Source: Clostridia bacterium (GTDB taxonomy: Bacteria > Bacillota > Clostridia > TANB77 > CAG-465). Taken from it: DNA of 64,000 nucleotides. Both the position numbers and the translations under genes were made by a program. Below, in pieces: positions 17,214 through 27,638 of this stretch. The stretch lies in contig JAGAIU010000055.1 in NCBI GenBank assembly GCA_017626395.1, forward strand, positions 21,852-85,851, written 5' to 3'. How positions within the stretch are numbered: position 1 is the stretch's first letter; each line of letters begins with the position of its first letter. The notes under the pieces are model-generated. The model ran no database searches. It saw only the letters and a program-made list of their open reading frames with translations, and was not told the origin of the DNA.

Positions 17214-18836
17214 CTATTCTTCTACTGAATAATTAGTTTCTTTCTTCATTAATTCTATATTTTGTTCTAAATACTCATCATATGTACATCTTCTATCAAT
17301 GATACCATCTTCTGTTATTTCAATTATTCTGTTTGCTACAGTTTGAACGAATTGGTGGTCATGTGATACAAAGATTAATTCTGCATTTGTACGTATTAAT
17401 CCTTCATTTAAAGCTGTGATACTTTCAAGGTCTAAATGGTTAGTTGGTTCATCTAAAAATACTAAGTTTGGTGCTTCAAGCATTGCTCTAGCCATCATAC
17501 ATCTAGCTTTTTCTCCACCAGATAAAACACCAAGTTTCTTTAATGCTTCATCTCCAGAGAATAACATTCTACCTAAGAAACTTCTTACTACGGTTTCATC
17601 TGTAATACCATAGTCATCTTGAATCCATTCAACGATACTTTTATTTGCTTTAAAGTATTCTTCATTGTCTTGTGGTACGTATGAAGGTGTAATTGTTTGA
17701 CCAAATGTAAATTTACCTTCATCTGGTTTTAGTTCTCCCATTAATATTTTAAATAATGTTGTTTTAGCTATACCATTTGAACCTACAAGAGCTATTTTAT
17801 CTCCTTTAAGTACTTTAAATGATACATTGTTTAATACTTTTTCTCCATCTACTGTTTTTGAAATATTTTCAACAGAAAGTATTTCTTTTCCAGATTCTCT
17901 TTCAGGTTTGAAATCTATAAATGGATATCTTCTTGTAGAAGGTTTAATTTCATCTAGTTGTATTTTTTCTAATGTTTTCTTTCTAGATGTTGCTTGTTTA
18001 GATTTAGAAGCGTTGGCACTAAATCTTCTAATGAAGTCTTCTAATTCTTTTATCTTATCTTCTTTTTTCTTGTTAGCATCTTTCATTTGTTTTAAAGCTA
18101 ATTGACTTGATTCATACCAGAAGTCATAGTTTCCAACAAATATATTAATTTTACCATAGTCTATATCTAGAATATGTGTACATACTTTATTTAAGAAATA
18201 TCTATCGTGAGATACAACTATAACTGTATTTTCAAAGTTAATTAAAAATTCTTCTAACCAGCTAATAGCTGCCATATCTAAGTGGTTTGTTGGTTCGTCT
18301 AGTATTAATACGTCCGGATTGCCAAATAAAGCTTGTGCAAGTAATACTTTAACTTTTTGTGGTCCAACAAGTTCACGCATTAAACATTCGTGAAGTTCTG
18401 TTTCAATTCCAAGTCCATTTAAAAGTTGTGCTGCATCTGTTTCAGCCATCCATCCGTTAAGTTCAGCAAATTCAGCTTCTAGTTCACCCGCTTTTATACC
18501 ATCTTCATCATTGAAATCTGGTTTTGCATATAATGCATCTTTTTCTTGCATTATTTGATATAATCTTTCATTACCGCGAATTACTGTATCTATAACTTTA
18601 ACGTCATCATACATATAGTGGTCTTGTTTTAAAACACCAAGTCTTTCATCTTTAGTCATGTATACTTCGCCTTCACTTGGTTCTAATTCTCCTGTAAGTA
18701 CTTTTAAAAATGTAGATTTACCAGCACCGTTTGCACCGATAACTCCATAACAATTTCCTGGTGTAAATTTAACATTTACATCTTCATATAAAACTCTTTT
18801 TCCAAATCTTACTGTTACTCCGCTTGTTCCTAACAT
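17214..18836 (-). CDS. ABC-F family ATP-binding translation factor (YbiT/YkpA-like)
   Basis: Two ABC cassettes (GANGAGKS, LDEPTNHLD twice), RFSANASKSKQATSRKK linker, no TM. Confidence 0.92.
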   Translation of the reverse strand: MLGTSGVTVRFGKRVLYEDVNVKFTPGNCYGVIGANGAGKSTFLKVLTGELEPSEGEVYMTKDERLGVLKQDHYMYDDVKVIDTVIRGNERLYQIMQEKDALYAKPDFNDEDGIKAGELEAEFAELNGWMAETDAAQLLNGLGIETELHECLMRELVGPQKVKVLLAQALFGNPDVLILDEPTNHLDMAAISWLEEFLINFENTVIVVSHDRYFLNKVCTHILDIDYGKINIFVGNYDFWYESSQLALKQMKDANKKKEDKIKELEDFIRRFSANASKSKQATSRKKTLEKIQLDEIKPSTRRYPFIDFKPERESGKEILSVENISKTVDGEKVLNNVSFKVLKGDKIALVGSNGIAKTTLFKILMGELKPDEGKFTFGQTITPSYVPQDNEEYFKANKSIVEWIQDDYGITDETVVRSFLGRMLFSGDEALKKLGVLSGGEKARCMMARAMLEAPNLVFLDEPTNHLDLESITALNEGLIRTNAELIFVSHDHQFVQTVANRIIEITEDGIIDRRCTYDEYLEQNIELMKKETNYSVEE

Positions 18837-18907
18837 TTCTCTCTCCTTTAAAACACTAGTATATATTTTACTATAAAACTACATAAAAAGCAACTAAAAT
18901 ACGAGCT

Positions 18908-18942
18908 AAAAAAACTTGAAACGTTAATATTTCAAGTTTTTT
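18908..18942 (-). terminator. intrinsic terminator
   Basis: AAAACTTGAAA...TTTCAAGTTTT inverted repeat. Confidence 0.7.
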
Positions 18943-18956
18943 ATATCTTCTTTTTT

Positions 18957-19994
18957 CTAAATATCTTTAACTTCAATTTGTGCTACTGTATTTGCAAAAT
19001 TTTCTTTATTCATAGCTACAATATTTTCTTTAGTATACCCTACTAAAATATGTGGTCTTCTCTTATATATTTCTTGCATAGTTAATTTAAATTGTTCTTG
19101 ATTTTCTTTTCCATTTGCAGGAGTATCTGAAATAATATGCTTTTTATTATCTTTAGTAACAACACATATTCTTCTAGCAGTCAGTACTCCATTTACTCTA
19201 TAATCCATTGGATATATCCATACAATATCTGTATGCTTAAAGACTATTAATGAATCCGAATAAGAAATTAGATAATCTCTAGTAAATATTGTTTTAGTTT
19301 TTTCATATTCAATTTTCATTGGATCAGATAGTTGCACAGAAAGTTCACCTAAATCATATATTTTAGCATATTTTTTGATATGATTTTTTGTACGTATATA
19401 CATGACTAATTGTGCTATACCAAATATTACTACAAACATTCCTAAAAAGCCTGCAAGTACATAGAATGTTATTGCACTATCATTAGGATTTCTTCCAGTA
19501 TCAATTACATATCCTGCAAAATATGTGTCAAAATTTCCCCAATCTAAAATTGTTTCTTCGTACATATCATTGTATGTTTCCATTGCTATCTCTATTAGCT
19601 CTGAATTTAAGTATTCAGACATACCATAAACTACTACTGTTTCATTATTATTTTCATCATAAACTTTTTCTGCAAGCTCTAAATATTCGCTTTTAGATAA
19701 CTCTAATATGTATAAGCAACTGTCATTTACAGCCATATAATATTCAGATACTACTCTTCCATCCTCTGTATATTCTGCAAAACTATCTGTAAGAGCTATT
19801 ATCTCACATTTTGCATATTGATTTTCTTCTGTTACTTCATTTACATCAATAGCTTTAGGCAATTCTCTACTGTTTATTATAATACCTAAACATAGACAAA
19901 AAATACTGGCAAGTAAAAAGCCAATAATTACTTTTATCATTGTTTTATTCTTTTTAAAGAGTTCCATCAATTCTTTTTCATTTTCTTTTCCCAT
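18957..19994 (-). CDS. hypothetical two-TM membrane protein (DUF6709-like)
   Basis: Two TM segments, DIVWIY and PHILVGYTKEN motifs. Confidence 0.6.
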   Translation of the reverse strand: MGKENEKELMELFKKNKTMIKVIIGFLLASIFCLCLGIIINSRELPKAIDVNEVTEENQYAKCEIIALTDSFAEYTEDGRVVSEYYMAVNDSCLYILELSKSEYLELAEKVYDENNNETVVVYGMSEYLNSELIEIAMETYNDMYEETILDWGNFDTYFAGYVIDTGRNPNDSAITFYVLAGFLGMFVVIFGIAQLVMYIRTKNHIKKYAKIYDLGELSVQLSDPMKIEYEKTKTIFTRDYLISYSDSLIVFKHTDIVWIYPMDYRVNGVLTARRICVVTKDNKKHIISDTPANGKENQEQFKLTMQEIYKRRPHILVGYTKENIVAMNKENFANTVAQIEVKDI

Positions 19995-20100
19995 ACATTT
20001 TCACCTAATTTAATATTACACTGAGCTTTTATTTTTGTCAATAATTATACATCTATTGATTTTATCTAATTTTTAGTGTAATATTTAGTTGGTGATTATT

Positions 20101-20601
20101 ATGAAAAAAATCGATAGCAAACAATTAAAAGAAAAATCTAAACAAAAAGCAAAACTTGCTTTTGAAGATTACAAAGCTTTTGCTTTAAAAGGAAATGCTT
20201 TAAATATGGCAATCGGTGTTGTTTTAGGTGGAGCTTTTACTGCTATAGTTAACACTATAGTTTCTGCCGTAATTACACCACTTATTAGTTTAATTACAAG
20301 TAATGTAGATTTATCTACTCTATTCATCACTTTAAAAGGTGGAGAATTTGATACTTTAGAAGCTGCTAAAGCTGCTGGAGCTATTACTTTAAACTATGGT
20401 GAATTAATAAATGCAATTATTAACTTTATATTAATTTCTGTTATTTTATTCATACTAGTTAAAGCTTTAACTAAGTCTAATAAAAAAGAAGAAGAAAAAG
20501 TTGAAGTTACTACTAAAGAATGTCCATATTGCTTAAGTACAATTCCACTTAAAGCAACAAGATGTGCTCATTGTACTAGTGAACTAAATGAAGAAAAATA
20601 A
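20101..20601 (+). CDS. mscL: large-conductance mechanosensitive channel with C-terminal zinc ribbon
   Basis: FALKGNALNMAIGVVLGGAF, YGELINAIINF, CPYC...RCAHC. Confidence 0.92.
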   Translation: MKKIDSKQLKEKSKQKAKLAFEDYKAFALKGNALNMAIGVVLGGAFTAIVNTIVSAVITPLISLITSNVDLSTLFITLKGGEFDTLEAAKAAGAITLNYGELINAIINFILISVILFILVKALTKSNKKEEEKVEVTTKECPYCLSTIPLKATRCAHCTSELNEEK

Positions 20602-20705
20602 TTAATCTAAAAGAACTATCCATTATTTTATGGATAGTTTTTTTGTTATATTTATGCCTAAATTGATCCTCTTAAATCATATTTTTATATAAATTTTACT
20701 TTTTT

Positions 20706-20735
20706 TGAAACTATTTTATAATTTTTTCTATCTAT
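20706..20735 (+). promoter_or_regulatory. possible ECF autoregulatory promoter
   Basis: TGAAAC-N16-CTATCTA upstream of the ECF sigma gene. Confidence 0.35.
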
Positions 20736-20763
20736 ATAGTTGAATTAAGAAAGGAGGTATATT

Positions 20764-21291
20764 ATGGATAATATTATAATAACTAAAGCAATTAATGGAG
20801 ATAAAGATGCTTTTATTACAATAATGAAATCTGTGGAAGCTAAAATGTATATTGTAGCAAAATCAAGACTAGATAATAATGAGGATATTAAAGATGTTAT
20901 TCAAGAAACAATATTTGAAAGCTATAAAAACATACGACAATTACGAGACATCGAAAAATTTGAAAGTTGGGTTTTATCTATTCTAATTAATAATTGTAAC
21001 AAATTTTATAAAAATCATAATAACTATAATTATATTTCTTATAGTGAAAATGAACCAGATACTAACAATCAATTTACTAATTTAGAAAAAAATCTTGATT
21101 TTCTAAGTCTATTAAAACTATTAGATAAATCCGAACAAAAAATATTTACTCTGTTTTATATTAATGAATACACTACTCCAAAGATATCCGAGTTATTAAA
21201 TATTAACGAAAATACTGTAAAAACAAAATTAAGAAGAGCTAGACAAAAAATTAAAGAATATATAGAAAGGTGGGATGATTATGAAACTTAA
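20764..21291 (+). CDS. ECF sigma-70 factor
   Basis: KAINGDKDAF, DVIQET, FESWVLSILIN, ISELLNINENTVKTKLRRAR. Confidence 0.92.
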   Translation: MDNIIITKAINGDKDAFITIMKSVEAKMYIVAKSRLDNNEDIKDVIQETIFESYKNIRQLRDIEKFESWVLSILINNCNKFYKNHNNYNYISYSENEPDTNNQFTNLEKNLDFLSLLKLLDKSEQKIFTLFYINEYTTPKISELLNINENTVKTKLRRARQKIKEYIERWDDYET

Positions 21292-22102
21292 TGATACAGA
21301 TATAGATAAAATAATAAAAGATAGTATTAAAAACACTACAGTACCTAAAGAAATATTTGAAGAAACTTACGAAGCATTAGATAATAAAAAAACTAATTCA
21401 ATGTTATTTAGATATTTAGTAGGAATAGCAGCAATTATAATTGTAGTATTTTTAGTAATTACAAATATACATACAGATACTACAGACAACACTTTATCTA
21501 CTCCTGAACTTAGTGGTGAAACAGAAGCAGAGCTTCCAGTAGCCTCAGATATTATTAATACTTTAGGCGAATCATATCAGCCAACATTAGGACATATTGC
21601 CTCACCTAGTGGCTTAACTTTAGTTGAAGAAGAAGCTCAATTTGTTGGTGTAGTTAAAGTAGAAAAAATATTAGGATATACCAATTATATAAAGGGACAA
21701 AATTTATATTCTAGAACTCCTTTTATAATTTCTAAAGTATCTGTAGAAAAAGTATATAAAGGAACTTTAAATGGCGAAATCGAAATAATATCTTATGGTG
21801 GTGTAATTTCTATAAGTGATTATGAAAAAGCATTACAAAAAGAGCAAAGTTTGGATTCTAAATATAAAAATCTTTCTCCTGAAGAAAAAGAAAACACATA
21901 TATTAGAATAATAAACTCTACTACAATGAAAACTATAGAACCTGAAGTAGGAAAATATTATTTAGTATTTATGAATTATAGTAAAAATTTAGAAAGTTAC
22001 CAAGTTCTAGATGATTTAATATATGAATATGATATTAACAAAGATAAAACAAAAAATACTAATACCAATGAGTGGGAAACTTATGAATTTGGAAGAAAAT
22101 AA
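21281..22102 (+). CDS. putative single-TM anti-sigma factor
   Basis: Overlaps sigma stop; short cytoplasmic N-terminus, TM helix, extracellular domain. Confidence 0.7.
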   Translation: MKLNDTDIDKIIKDSIKNTTVPKEIFEETYEALDNKKTNSMLFRYLVGIAAIIIVVFLVITNIHTDTTDNTLSTPELSGETEAELPVASDIINTLGESYQPTLGHIASPSGLTLVEEEAQFVGVVKVEKILGYTNYIKGQNLYSRTPFIISKVSVEKVYKGTLNGEIEIISYGGVISISDYEKALQKEQSLDSKYKNLSPEEKENTYIRIINSTTMKTIEPEVGKYYLVFMNYSKNLESYQVLDDLIYEYDINKDKTKNTNTNEWETYEFGRK

Positions 22103-22113
22103 TATAAAATTTT

Positions 22114-22140
22114 AAGAGAGTGATTAAATTCACTCTCTTA
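22114..22140 (+). terminator. terminator of ECF operon
   Basis: TAAGAGAGTGA/TCACTCTCTTA inverted repeat. Confidence 0.7.
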
Positions 22141-22156
22141 TTGCTTATATAAAAGA

Positions 22157-22210
22157 ATCACGGGAATTTAATAAAACTATATTTCTATAATTCTATTAAA
22201 TTCCCGTGAT
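22157..22210 (-). terminator. long stem-loop 3' of hup
   Basis: 17-bp perfect arms extended by G-U pairs to about 25 bp with GAAA loop, then TCTTTT. Confidence 0.7.
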
Positions 22211-22226
22211 GTTAATTTCATTGAAA

Positions 22227-22505
22227 TTATTTTTTGTTTACTAATTCTTTTAAAGCTTTTCCAGCTTTGAATACTGGAGCTTTAGAAGCTGGTATTTTTA
22301 TTTCAGCTTTAGTTTGTGGGTTTCTACCTTTTCTAGCAGCTCTTTCTCTTACTTCGAAAGTACCAAAACCAACTAATTGAACTTTTTCGCCTTTTTTAAG
22401 TGCTTCTTCAACACTAGTTACGAAAGCATCTAGAGCAGTTTCAGCAGCTTTTTTTGTTAATTTGCTTTCTTCAGCAATTTTAGCAATTAATTCAGCTTTA
22501 TTCAT
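22227..22505 (-). CDS. hup: DNA-binding protein HU
   Basis: MNKAELI...[24 protein letters not shown]. Confidence 0.98.
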   Translation of the reverse strand: MNKAELIAKIAEESKLTKKAAETALDAFVTSVEEALKKGEKVQLVGFGTFEVRERAARKGRNPQTKAEIKIPASKAPVFKAGKALKELVNKK

Positions 22506-22608
22506 AATAAATCCCTCCTATACGTTTTCACAATTAGAATATACTACAAATGTACATTGTTGTCAACACTTTTCCACTTTTTTATTGTAAAAACATGTTG
22601 TTTTTTAG

Positions 22609-24222
22609 CTATATTTTAAGCATTTTACATATTTTGTTACCATAAGGTAATTGCTGTATTTCTTCTTTGTCTAAGACTCTTAATAAAATTACTCCTATGA
22701 AGTATACAATTACTCCTACACCAATTGATAATATTGTAGCTATTGTATTTCCTAAGCCTATTAATGCAAATAATTTATATGCACCAAATACAGCTAATCC
22801 CATTACTACACTTGCAATTAATGGTTTTATGATAACTTCTTTTAATGGCATTTTTTCTTTTAAAGTTCTGTATAATACTGTAGCTGAAATTATACATGCA
22901 GTAGCACTATAAATTATACTTGTTATTGCCGGAACCGCTTCTCCAAATATTGGTATAAATATAACATTTAGTATATATTTAAGAATAGCTCCAACTAATA
23001 ATGCAATACCTGGTACTGCAAGTTTTCCTACACCTTGAAGTGCACCTGTTATTGTTTGACTTACTACTGAGAAGAATACTAAAAATGATTGTATTTGTAA
23101 AAGGTATGCTCCTTCCGGTGCATTAGGGAACAGCATTTGGAATATTTGATTTGCTAGTACAAAAAATCCTACTGCACAAGGCATAGCTATAAGTGAAGAT
23201 ATTTTTAAAGAGTATTTTATCTTACTTACCGCTTCATCTTTTCTATGTCTTGCAATAGCAGATGATATAAATGGAACCAATGCTACTGAAAATGCCACAT
23301 TAATAGATAGTGGTACTGCTAGTAGTATATCCACTTTACCTGAAAGTATTCCATATTTTTCATTTGCCATTAATAAACTTGCTTCTTGACTCATACCATT
23401 TGCAAGCCCATATGCTGTTAGACCACTTACTACTGTTACAACATCTATAAGTCCTGCTAGTGCAGATACTACACTTCCAAAAGAGATTGGAAGTGCATAT
23501 GATATTAATTTTTTTGCTATTTTCTTTCTTGAATCTTGAGCAAAATCTTTAGCTTTATTTATTTCGCTCCAAATTTCATTTCTATTTTTCTTATAATACA
23601 TTACTAGATATAAGAATGCACTTGATGTAGCAACGGTTGTAGCTAAAGTTGAACCTGCTGCCATTATTTCTGGTGTTGTTCCAAGTAACATTACAACAAA
23701 TATTATTGAAAACACACAGTTTATTATTTGTTCTATTATTTGTGCTTTACTATACTCACTAACATTTCCCATTCCTATGAAATATCCTCTAAGTACAGCT
23801 GACATTGATACAAATATAATAGCCGGAGATAGTGACATCAATGTATATTGAACACCAGGATTATGAAGAATATTATTTGCAATAAATCCTGCTCCAAAGA
23901 ATAATGCAAGTGCAAATGCTGTAGCAATAGATACAAATACTAAAAATGCAGTTTTAAAAATCTTGTGTGCACCTTTTCTATCTCCTACTGTTATCTTTTC
24001 AGATACTAGTTTAGATATAGTATTTGGTATTCCCATTGTAGCTATTGCAAGTATAAAAGTATATACTTGATATCCAGATCCATAATAACTATTTCCAACA
24101 TCTGCAAATTGTGGAAAATTAGTTTGTATTATTCTATAAATGAATCCTAATATCTTTATTAATATTTGAGAGCCCATTATTACAAATACGCCCTTCATAA
24201 AAGATTGCTTTTTAATAGCCAA
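22609..24222 (-). CDS. MurJ/SpoVB-like MOP flippase (polysaccharide biosynthesis protein)
   Basis: KILGFIYRI, GIPNTISKLVSE, LRGYFIG, QIIEQI; many TMs; TTG start with GGAGG SD. Confidence 0.85.
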   Translation of the reverse strand: MAIKKQSFMKGVFVIMGSQILIKILGFIYRIIQTNFPQFADVGNSYYGSGYQVYTFILAIATMGIPNTISKLVSEKITVGDRKGAHKIFKTAFLVFVSIATAFALALFFGAGFIANNILHNPGVQYTLMSLSPAIIFVSMSAVLRGYFIGMGNVSEYSKAQIIEQIINCVFSIIFVVMLLGTTPEIMAAGSTLATTVATSSAFLYLVMYYKKNRNEIWSEINKAKDFAQDSRKKIAKKLISYALPISFGSVVSALAGLIDVVTVVSGLTAYGLANGMSQEASLLMANEKYGILSGKVDILLAVPLSINVAFSVALVPFISSAIARHRKDEAVSKIKYSLKISSLIAMPCAVGFFVLANQIFQMLFPNAPEGAYLLQIQSFLVFFSVVSQTITGALQGVGKLAVPGIALLVGAILKYILNVIFIPIFGEAVPAITSIIYSATACIISATVLYRTLKEKMPLKEVIIKPLIASVVMGLAVFGAYKLFALIGLGNTIATILSIGVGVIVYFIGVILLRVLDKEEIQQLPYGNKICKMLKI

Positions 24223-24242
24223 AGTTTTTTCCTCCCCTTATT

Positions 24243-25898
24243 TTATCTTAAGTAACAGCCTCCACCAATAAATTCTCTAAGAATCGATGTACTTGGTATT
24301 AAATCTGTTTCTATCCCTATGAAATTTCTTAACATATTTAATAATCTTCTTGATTCAGAATAATATATGCTTTGTGGTCCTATTTTAAATAATAATTTTT
24401 CTACTGTAGGCTTTAATGCTGCAAGTTCATATATTAAACTTGTATTTAATATATAATCTGCTGTATCTACGAATGGGAATATATTTTCCTCATCACCCTT
24501 ACGAATTTTCTCCCATAGTTCCATTGTTTTTTCTACACTAACTCCACGTGTTGCATTATCTCTAACAAATCTTCTCATCATTCTTAAATCATTTGATGAT
24601 AGCATTGTATATGAATCAAATCTTATACTTACCATTGGTGCAACATATAATTTAAATACTTTTTCCTTTGGTATAAATTCTGATGCTTTTGGATTTAAAG
24701 CATGAATTCCCTCTATAATTAGTATATCGTTGTCTCTTAATTTTATTGGTGCAGTTATATATTCTTTTTTCTGTAATTTAAAATTAAATGTTGGAAGTGA
24801 TACTCTTTTTCCACGTATTAAGTCTAGCATTTGTTTCTTAAATAGTTCTACTTCTATATTTTCAAAACATTCGTAGTCTTCTTTTCCGTCTTTTCCAATC
24901 GGTATATTTCCTTTATCCTTGAAATAGTTATCCATACTAATAACTATTGCGTTTTTCTTTTTAACCATAAGAGTATCTGCAAGTCTTTGTGCAGATGTTG
25001 TTTTTCCTGAAGATGATGGACCTGCAAGCATTACTATTTTAATACTACCTGATCTTACTATTCTTTTTGTTATTTCAAAGAATTCATTAGTATGATATAG
25101 TTCTGCTCTTCTTATTACTGCACCTATTTGATCATCTACAATTCTTTTATTTAAATCATTAACAGTTTCAACAGATGTAACTTTACAAACTTCAGAGAAT
25201 TTATCTGAAAGTTCAAACATTCTATTTGTTTCAATGTCATATTTAACTTCATTTACATTATCTTTCTCTGGAAGCATTAGCATAACACCGTTTTTATATT
25301 TTCTTAAATCAAATCCTTTTATACATCCAGTATACATTACAACTGCACCATATAAATATGTATAAAAATCTTCAGCATAATATACTGTATAATTCTCATT
25401 TAAATTTATATCTACAATATTTTTAATTTGTTCTCTATTTTTTAGGAAATTAGCAATTCTTCTATCACTGCCTTTTTCTTTCATTATTCTTATATTTTCA
25501 GAAATAATTTTCTTCATTTCTTCTTTTATTTCTTTAACAAGTTGTGTTGTTACTTCTCCTTCTTTTACAAAAGCAAAGTAATCTCTTCCTGTTTTATTTG
25601 AAAATTTAAAATGTAAAGTTATATTTAATCTATGTAGTGCCATTAAAAATATGAATTTTAAGCTTCTACTATAGATTCTTTCCCCTTCTCTGGTATAGTA
25701 TGTCAATAACTCACATGTACTATCTTCAATTATATGATACATTATTGATCTTTCTTTATTATTTATTTTTACTGCTAAAATTTCTTCTTCTGGTATACCT
25801 AAATTTGCTTCTCTTACCGCTTCAATTACTCTTGTCTCTGGTTCTACCATTATTTCTTTTCCATTTTCAAATGTTACTTTAACTAATTTTTTATTCAC
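24243..25898 (-). CDS. nucleoside/uridine kinase with N-terminal TGS/ThrRS-like region
   Basis: LAGPSSSGKTT, ISMDNYF, IIEGIHALNP, RRFVRD; likely GTG start at 25898. Confidence 0.85.
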   Translation of the reverse strand: MNKKLVKVTFENGKEIMVEPETRVIEAVREANLGIPEEEILAVKINNKERSIMYHIIEDSTCELLTYYTREGERIYSRSLKFIFLMALHRLNITLHFKFSNKTGRDYFAFVKEGEVTTQLVKEIKEEMKKIISENIRIMKEKGSDRRIANFLKNREQIKNIVDINLNENYTVYYAEDFYTYLYGAVVMYTGCIKGFDLRKYKNGVMLMLPEKDNVNEVKYDIETNRMFELSDKFSEVCKVTSVETVNDLNKRIVDDQIGAVIRRAELYHTNEFFEITKRIVRSGSIKIVMLAGPSSSGKTTSAQRLADTLMVKKKNAIVISMDNYFKDKGNIPIGKDGKEDYECFENIEVELFKKQMLDLIRGKRVSLPTFNFKLQKKEYITAPIKLRDNDILIIEGIHALNPKASEFIPKEKVFKLYVAPMVSIRFDSYTMLSSNDLRMMRRFVRDNATRGVSVEKTMELWEKIRKGDEENIFPFVDTADYILNTSLIYELAALKPTVEKLLFKIGPQSIYYSESRRLLNMLRNFIGIETDLIPSTSILREFIGGGCYLR

Positions 25899-26070
25899 AA
25901 AATTCACTCCTTCCCTAAAAAGGTTAACGTATATTGTAACATAGTTTTTCGTTTTTTTCAATATTTTAGGCTTTTTCAAGGCTTGTTTGCCTATTTTTAT
26001 GTTTTCTTTATCTTATTTTTTGATTGACATCTATATTATACCCTTATTATCCTACTTTTTCTATACTATA

Positions 26071-26099
26071 TTGATTTTTTTTACATTTTATACTATAAT
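26071..26099 (+). promoter_or_regulatory. sigma-A promoter predicted to give a leaderless transcript
   Basis: TTGATT-N17-TATAAT, ATG 7 nt downstream, no SD. Confidence 0.6.
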
Positions 26100-26106
26100 T
26101 TTCATT

Positions 26107-27003
26107 ATGAAACAAGTAAAAATAACTAATTTAAAAAAAGAAGAAAAGCTAATATATTATATAAAAGATATGTATCCTAACTTAGCAACTTCTGTTTTGC
26201 ACAAAGCACTAAGAAACAAGGATATTAAAGTAAATGATAAAAGAGTTTCTGATTCTAATTATATACTAAAAAATAATGATATATTACAAATATATATTGA
26301 CGACTACCTACTTTTTGGATTTCCAAAGGATTTAGATATTGCATATGAAGATGATAACATTTTAGTTGTATACAAGACTCAAGGGCTTCTATCTAACAAC
26401 GAAGGTGAAGCTATATCTGAACCTACATTTGAGGAATTTATAAAAAAAGTAAAAGGTGAAAATATACAGATATGTCATAGATTAGACAGAAATACATCTG
26501 GGTTGTTAATATTTGCTAAAAATCTAGCGGCATATGAGTCTATGCTTGAAGGATTTAAAAATGGATGGATAAATAAAGAGTATATAGCATATGTATATGG
26601 TTCAAAATTTGCATCAAACTATTACAAACTTGAAAGTTATCTTTTAAAAGATGAAAAAGATGGATACTCTAAAATATATGATACTCAAGTAAAGAATTCT
26701 CAAAAGATAATAACAGAAATTTATCCTACTTACAAAAACACAAAGTTAAATTACACTATTTTAAAAGTAAAAATCCATACCGGTAAAACACACCAGATAA
26801 GAGCTCAACTTTCTGCTATTTCACACCCTATTATTGGGGATTCAAAATACGGAAAGAATGAGATAAACAAAAAATTCCAAAAATATAAACAACTACTATT
26901 TGCTGTAAAATACGATTTTGATTTTCCAGAAAATAGTATGCTTTTCTATTTAAATAAAATTTCTATTGAGTTAGATAATAAATTTTATACAAATAAAATT
27001 TAG
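26107..27003 (+). CDS. RluA-family pseudouridine synthase with S4 domain
   Basis: CHRLDRNTSGL, HTGKTHQIRAQL, HPIIGDSKYG; start moved to ATG 26107. Confidence 0.92.
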   Translation: MKQVKITNLKKEEKLIYYIKDMYPNLATSVLHKALRNKDIKVNDKRVSDSNYILKNNDILQIYIDDYLLFGFPKDLDIAYEDDNILVVYKTQGLLSNNEGEAISEPTFEEFIKKVKGENIQICHRLDRNTSGLLIFAKNLAAYESMLEGFKNGWINKEYIAYVYGSKFASNYYKLESYLLKDEKDGYSKIYDTQVKNSQKIITEIYPTYKNTKLNYTILKVKIHTGKTHQIRAQLSAISHPIIGDSKYGKNEINKKFQKYKQLLFAVKYDFDFPENSMLFYLNKISIELDNKFYTNKI

Positions 27004-27014
27004 AAAGGATAGCT

Positions 27015-27623
27015 ATGAGTAAATCATCTAAAAACTTTGAGCTTGTAAAACTAAACAGACATAGAGCATCTTTTGCAGAAATTGTACTAGTATTTACATT
27101 TGCTGCAGTTGTAGGATACTTTGTTGAAACTGGATATGTTTTCCTATCTGTTGGAAAAATAGTAAAAAGAGGAATGCTCACTGGACCTTATTGTCCAATA
27201 TATGGATTTGGTGCTTTAATTTTATATTATTGCTTTTATGAAACAAAGCCAACTAAAGCAAAAATCCCAATTATATTTTGTGTTGCCTCTTTACTTTTAG
27301 GTTCATTCGAGCTTCTATGTGGATTAGGCTTTAAACATATATTTAATATTGAAATGTGGAATTATTCAGGTAAGTTTTTAAACATACTAAACTATACAAC
27401 AGTTCCAATACTAATTGGCTGGGGACTTTTAGGTACGATATATGTATTTTTTATACATCCTGTAATTCTAAAATTTATCGATTTAGTTCCAAAGAAATTT
27501 ATGAATAAAATTGCAATTATTCTTGTATGTATATTATTATGTGATTTTTTAATATCTACAAGCAGAATAAATATACATCCTGAAATATTAACTGATTTAG
27601 TTAATCCACAAAATATAACTTAA
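27015..27623 (+). CDS. putative ABC-transporter permease-like membrane protein (DUF1113/CmpB family)
   Basis: GYFVET, RGMLTGPYCPIYGFG, MWNYS. Confidence 0.8.
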   Translation: MSKSSKNFELVKLNRHRASFAEIVLVFTFAAVVGYFVETGYVFLSVGKIVKRGMLTGPYCPIYGFGALILYYCFYETKPTKAKIPIIFCVASLLLGSFELLCGLGFKHIFNIEMWNYSGKFLNILNYTTVPILIGWGLLGTIYVFFIHPVILKFIDLVPKKFMNKIAIILVCILLCDFLISTSRINIHPEILTDLVNPQNIT

Positions 27624-27638
27624 TAAAAAAGAAAGAGT

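Noticed and set aside
17214-18836. ABC-F as an antibiotic-resistance (ARE) factor
   Set aside because: The linker resembles housekeeping YbiT/YkpA type, and no leader peptide or attenuator is seen.
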